Of a stretch of DNA of 64,000 nucleotides, positions 50,001 through 64,000 are shown in pieces. Below the pieces are notes generated by a model. It was given only the letters and a program-made list of their open reading frames with translations. It searched no databases and was not told the DNA's origin. Where the stretch lies: the NCBI GenBank assembly GCA_964035545.1, contig OZ037768.1:1706741-1770740 (forward strand), written 5' to 3'. Source of the stretch: Bugula neritina. Its lineage: Eukaryota > Animalia > Bryozoa. The first letter of the stretch is position 1. The number at the start of each line of letters is the position of its first letter. The position numbers and the translations under genes were made by a program.

Positions 50001-53000
50001 CCACCACTGTCTCAGAACTCTACCCGATGTTTCGTTTTCTACTACTACATGTACGGCAATGAAACAGGAAGCCTCGTCATCAGTCTCCACGCAAACGGCA
50101 CGACTACGAGAGAGAAAGTCATAGAGGGCGAGCAAGGCAGGTGTTGGCTTAAAGGGCAGGTGGAGATAACTAACAGCTCTCAATATAAGGTAAAATTTTG
50201 ACATGAGTTGTGGCTAATTTACTTTACCGTTACACAGATTTTGTTTGAAGTCTTCAATATCGGAAAACCCTCTAATGGGAACGGGTTTTAAGTGAGCTAA
50301 AAGACGTGTTTATTGTGGCGCAGAAGCAATTATGCTTTGCCAGACATTAGCAAAGGCTCTGGTGAGATTCAAACTCGTGACCTGAGGGTTACTAGCCTTG
50401 CGCTCTAACTTCTAAGTCAAAACTCTCTTCGATTTATCGTTAAATTGATTTATTTTATCATAGCTGGTAAAATATTATGAATTTATATCTATAGGTTATA
50501 ATCGAAGGCATTGTGGGTAACGGCTATAGAGGAGATATTGCTGTGGATGATTTCTCATTTCAAGATGGCGCATGTCAAGAACCATCAGTTACGCCATCAT
50601 GTGCCGACCCAACAACCAGCCTAGCTCCCACTTCCACCACTTATGCTCCCACGACCACTACAGGTGCTAATATTACTACACCTGATGCTAATATTTCAAC
50701 TACTGATGCTAATATTACAACTACTGGTGCTAATATTACAACTACTGATGCTAATATGGCTACACCTGATACGTGACGTGAAGTCTCACTAGTTTTTCTA
50801 ACTGTTTTGTATTCTTCTCCAGAAAACACGAGCAGCTCTGTGCCCACTACAGCTGCCACTACAACCACTCTTCCCACGGTAGACATCTCTGCTCTCTCGG
50901 ACTGTATCCTCGCTGGTAACCTCACTTCCTGTGGAATCACACTGTCATCAGGGGTCACCGCATCAGCTGACCCTGACTCTCAAGGTTAGTGAGGCTAAGA
51001 TTTGCACGTCTGCTTACACACATGTCTGCTTACACACACGTCTGCTTATACACACGTCTGCTTACGTACATGTCTGCTTATACACACGTCTGCTTATATA
51101 TATGTCTGCTTACATAGACATCTGCTTACACACACGTCTGCTTATACACACGTCTGCTTATACACACGTCTGCTTATATACACGTCTGCTTATATACACG
51201 TCTGCTTATATACACGTCTGCTGATATACACGTCTGCTTATATACACGTCTGCTTATACACACGTCTGCGTATACACACGTCTGCTTATATACACGTCTG
51301 CTTTTATAAATGTCTACTTATATACACGTCTGCTGATATACACGTCTGCGTATACACACGTCTACTTATATAAACATCTGCTATTCCAGGAGTTCAGTGG
51401 ACCTTCTCTTCCAACCATTCAGCAAATCAAACTGAATCAGTCACTTTCCCAGCGTTTCCTGGTAGCTCTAAACCATTCTGCCTTGATCTCTCCTACAAGT
51501 TTACATTCAATGAATCAGGGACTGTGGAACTCGTTGTGGAGTTAGAGGATGGTGAGCCTCAGCCTCAGCAGATATTCCTAGACCGGCAGCAGACGACATC
51601 GTGGAACAGGAAGATGCTGTCTGTTCGTCCTCTCTCTACAAACTACCGAGTGAGTCTTGAAAGTTTTGATATGGAAAAATTTGATGTTGATTGTTTGTTG
51701 TAAAGAGGTGAATGTAAGACATACTGTCCTTTGGAACTAGTGGTGTTGTTATTATATTAGTTCCACGGTTTAGAATATTGTTAATTTTAGCTTATACATG
51801 TAGCCTATGTGTAAACACAACTCAACATATGTGCTTTTGTGTTTCATTTTGTCTATTCCTACACTTTCAGGTATCAATGCAAGTTAGATTTGGCAATCAA
51901 CACACTGAAGGGGAAGTTTTGTTGCGCAATGTTAGCTTTACACCAAATGAGTGTAAGTATAGAGTATATACAGTGTGTAAGTATAGAGTATCTATATACT
52001 GTGTAGGTATAGTGTATATACTGTGTAGGTATACGCTGCGTAAGTATAGAGGGTATACTGTGTTAGTGTATAGTGTATAGGCTAATGGAATGAATAACTG
52101 TGCAGAAAAACTCAAGTGCCCAGCCTGAAAATTGAGAATTCAAGCTTTTAAAACAATTCAATTTTAGCATCTAGAAAATGTCTGTCTGTATTCAAACTTC
52201 TTTCAAATTCAGTAGAATTATAATGATAAAGATGCCGTGGTTTAATTTTAGGCTCCATGGCTGATGCTAATATGACTACACCTGATGCTAATATGACTAC
52301 ACCTGATGCTAATATGACTACACCTGATGCTAATATGACTACACCTGATGCTAATATGACTACACCTGATGCTAATATGACTACACCTGATGCTACTATG
52401 ACTACACCTGATGCTAATATGACTACACCTGGTACTAATATGACTACACCTGATGCTAGTATGACTACACCTGATGCTAATATGACTACACCTGATGCTA
52501 CTATGACTACACCTGATGCTAATATGACTACACCTGGTACTAGTATGACTACACCTGATACTAGTATGACTACACCTGATACTAGTATGACTACATCTGA
52601 TACTAGTATGACTACACCTGATACTAATATGACTACACCTGATGCTAATATGACTACACCTGATGCGACTATGACGACAGATGTACCTTTAGCCAACAAA
52701 ACTTCTACAAGCGAACCCGCCGTGACCAACCGCCAGTCTACCCCAAAATCTCGCCCAACCTCCCCTCCAGGACCTGTGTCTAACACAGACTCTAAGGGAC
52801 TTGATAAGAAGACCGTTATTATAGCGGTACCAGTGGCCATTGCTGGCGTTCTGCTGTTGGTTTTAGTAGCTCTGCTTGTTGCACGCTACTGGAGGAAGGT
52901 GAGAGGAAATCGGTACAACGTAGCGGGATATGTGTACGATGATACGACGGCCAATGATACGTCAGCGTACGTCAATCATTCTTATAATGGAAAGTTGTCT

Positions 53001-53093
53001 TCCAGCAATTCTATGAACCTCGACAGCTTTAGCTCGGATTATAACCAAAACAATTCAAATTCTGTTGGGACTTATAAAGTCATAGCCGTCTGA
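32060..53093 (+). CDS. Large type I membrane MAM-domain/mucin protein (zonadhesin/MALRD-like building blocks): signal peptide, 10 MAM domains separated by PTS-rich spacers, TM helix, Tyr-rich tail; ~32 exons
   Basis: Signal exon 32060-32123 ([22 protein letters not shown]). Each MAM is encoded by a 3-exon phase-1 module (e.g. 32760-34013/34176-34432/34592-34688; 49586-49792/49936-50189/50495-50663). All junctions checked join in frame to the last exon 52252-53093 with [26 protein letters not shown] followed by RYWRK. Confidence 0.85.
32867..33856 (+). repeat. Coding 15-bp KPTT(V/A/E) repeat, ~66 copies with a 135-bp higher-order unit; further arrays at ~35324-35680 and ~39436-39945
   Basis: ORF 32780-34054; the variant KHTTV recurs at 135-nt spacing. 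Confidence 0.95.
41989..42070. repeat. Intronic 12-bp repeat ACAGGAAGTGTC, ~7 copies
   Basis: Visible units right after the donor at 41981. Confidence 0.85.
45033..45581. repeat. Intronic 34-bp minisatellite GTAGTTTAGACAGTGTATAGTCTATTATAACTAT, ~16 copies
   Basis: Visible tandem units ending ~20 nt before the acceptor at 45601. Confidence 0.95.
45855..46252. repeat. Intronic 10-bp-period repeat (GGTCTCACCT / GCAATTACCT variants)
   Basis: Visible tandem units after the donor at 45835. Confidence 0.9.
48068..48367. repeat. Intronic 19-bp minisatellite TGTAACATATACACTACAC, ~15 copies
   Basis: Visible units ending ~20 nt before the acceptor at 48388. Confidence 0.9.
50355..50424 (-). mobile_element. 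tRNA-derived SINE head or tRNA pseudogene fragment
   Basis: Minus strand reads ...GACTTAGAAGTTAGAGCGCAAGGCTAGTAACCCTCAGGTCACGAGTTTGAATCTCACCAGAGCC: A-box-like and B-box-like (GAGTTTGAATCTC) motifs at tRNA spacing with a CTAGTAA anticodon-like loop; stems degenerate. Confidence 0.5.
51004..51381. repeat. Intronic 16-bp minisatellite ACACGTCTGCTTATAT, ~23 copies (shorter ~6-copy version at 43760-43861 in the paralogous intron)
   Basis: Visible tandem units in both copies of a duplicated MAM module. Confidence 0.9.
52263..52682 (+). repeat. Coding 21-bp repeat = D(A/T)(N/S/T)MTTP heptad, ~20 copies; related copies at 50664-50772
   Basis: ORF 52257-53093. Confidence 0.95.
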
Positions 53094-54203
53094 TGCATTT
53101 TTTGTTATTTTATGTTTTAATCTTGTATTTTTATCGAATCAACAATAGCATAATATTAATATATACAAATTGTACCAAGTTTACATTTGGTCTTACTGAT
53201 ATTTCACTGTCATGTATGTACACAGCAGCTTAAATGTAGGTCAAATGTAGAGTATGTATTGCACTCTGACATCTATTGAGTTGAAAATGTAAAACAAATT
53301 TCAAATGTAATGATTTGAAAAAGAGGTCATTGTTAAGCAGAATATCATGTGCAGGGTTTGGAACAACTGAAGTAGCAATCTGGTAGACAGGGACACACAC
53401 ACCATGTCTATTCAGGATGCATTAAGGCAGCATTTTGTTAATAATTTATTACTATATTTTAATAACACTATAACTCAAAAGGATTTTTATGCAGTGCTAT
53501 AAAAATTGCGCTGTTGAGATTTTTGTATAGTGAACAAATATTGCCTTTAAGAGCAAGAAAAAGGCTGCTTTCAACTGTAAATATTTTTGTAAGGTAAACT
53601 TCTGATGGAATTTTTTCCATTACTGTGTAAGCTCATGGTTGTTCTGTTTTTAAATGTTGCAGAAAAACTGTTGAATGCAGATTTTGAAACCAGAAATAAC
53701 ATAACACAAGATTCAAAATACTTTATGTGGCATTATTAGCATTATTAATTATGGCAAAAACATACACTGAATATAATTACATGCTTCACATTTATCTAGA
53801 ATTAGTATTATGTTACCACAGTGCTTTTGTCAAAAACACTGTGATTGAATGCTTCCAAATCCTCGTTAGGTATCTATTTTTACTTGTAAAGCAACAGAGC
53901 ACCAAGCATTGCAGCAGCAAATTTCGAATGATTATTCATCAACTTTAAATATATTTGATAAAAATTATGTTAATAATTATGACTAATAAATGAAATCTAT
54001 AACCTTCAAATACATTATCAACAGAACTAAATTATGAGACATCATTACTGGCTTAATTAAGCACTTTCAAAAACAATTAAGTTGCATAATTTCTTCATGT
54101 TTTATCAAACCATTGAGCAATTTATATGATTATTTTGCAATTTTTTAAACTTTAAATTTATTTTCACACAATTCTCTTAGCAAAGCACTGCAACTAGAAA
54201 TGT

Positions 54204-62746
<8,543 letters not shown>

Positions 62747-64000
62747 TCCGAAGAAATCAATTATAAAGTTACTTTCATAATCACAAAGAACTTGTTTCTA
62801 GTACAAATATTTCTGGAGCGGGTTTGATTTTTGATGAAAAAATTGATATCATCCACGACTGCTATAAAATATTATTTAGAGAACCAGTAATGAAGGATTA
62901 TGTAATGTAAATACAGTAGGCGAGTATTGGCTTGTTATACCAGCAGATGCAAATAAAAGCCTCACTGGTGAGATGTGAAAGCTGAACTCATGAATAAAAA
63001 GCTTGTTTTTTACATTTTAATTGCTTTTCAAGTAGCGGCTAGTAATTAAAATATTTTTTGACCTTACTTTGAATATAAATGAATTAGAAATGTAAACATA
63101 GTAACTTCAGCATTAAGCAAAATAGAAAGCTACATGCATATATGTGAGTATACATTTTAGTATGGCTTGAGTTCACCTACTCTGCGAGAGTTCAGGCTAT
63201 TTGATCAAAAACAACTCTAAAATATTTTCCTGTTACCAATTAAGATGACAGCAAATGCGGTAATGACAACATTTTGAACTTGTATCCAGCTAAATGCATT
63301 CCAGTAATGTAATACTTTTAGCATATATGATCATAGCAGTTGCGTGAAATGAAAAAAATGCAATTTGCAGTGATTATTTGATTAAATTCAAAAGTCTATA
63401 TTTTTATACAAAATTCTGAAAAAATAATTGAGAAATGTTGCATGTAATAATGCTTGATTCTACATGGTTATAACATATGTTTAAAATGAGCAAACTTGCT
63501 TATTGTTTCATAGTTGTTATCCTTTAGTAGAGGAGCTTGTGATAACTTAAACTATGCTACAGACGACCATTTAGTAGGAGGATATATCTATTCATCTAAA
63601 CTAATGCAGCTGTTTCACTTTGAAGTTATCTACTTCTGTTCAACTATACCTAGTTATAATCACCAGTGAGCGAAATGAGCTGTTGTGTGCGGTTTTCAGG
63701 CGGATTCCATGTGAGCAAAACTGGAATGGCCAGTGCGGAAAGTTGGTATGGATTTGATCTAATTCTAATTGGCCGATTAGCGATTGCCATTTAACTAGCA
63801 CATTTTTCAAATTTTAAGCTCATGTGTTTACTTTCTAGCGATTGAATTGTTTTCATTTTCTGTATTTATATCTAAAGTCATTTTTTTGTTGCAAAGCAGA
63901 TGACGTAGCTAAAGTCTGCAGGTGAAAGTGAAAGTTGAATGCAAACAGCATTAGCTAACCGTAACAAATTTCTCTCCTCTGGTTGTTTGGGCAATGAATT

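Noticed and set aside
50528-50536. RGD tripeptide in MAM9 ([12 protein letters not shown])
   Set aside because: Part of the conserved MAM GDIA(I/V)DD beta-strand motif; no independent evidence of integrin binding.

Overview
AT-rich, intron-containing eukaryotic (invertebrate animal) genomic DNA. A lophotrochozoan source, possibly a bryozoan, is my low-confidence impression only. The left 25 kb is a compact, alternating-strand housekeeping cluster: 3' part of MED24 (+), WDR75/UTP17 (-), an LRR/coiled-coil gene (+), URI1 (-) and MRPL3 (+). The middle 28 kb holds two tandem paralogous MAM-domain/mucin genes. The first is a secreted protein: signal peptide, 2 MAM, ~90 x KPTT(V/A), and a C-terminus resembling the normally nuclear BESS dimerisation motif. 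The second is a ~32-exon type I membrane protein: 10 MAM domains, KPTTV mucin spacers, an N-glycan-sequon heptad stalk, a TM helix and a Tyr-rich tail. The right end holds a divergent Cys-loop (nAChR-like) subunit (-) lacking the acetylcholine-binding residues, with an anion-type Pro-Gly-Lys filter and an unusually bulky M2. Many introns carry their own private minisatellite, often starting at, duplicating or complementing a 5' splice site. Gene models were spliced by hand (GT/AG plus reading-frame continuity); homology calls come from recalled family motifs, not database searches.
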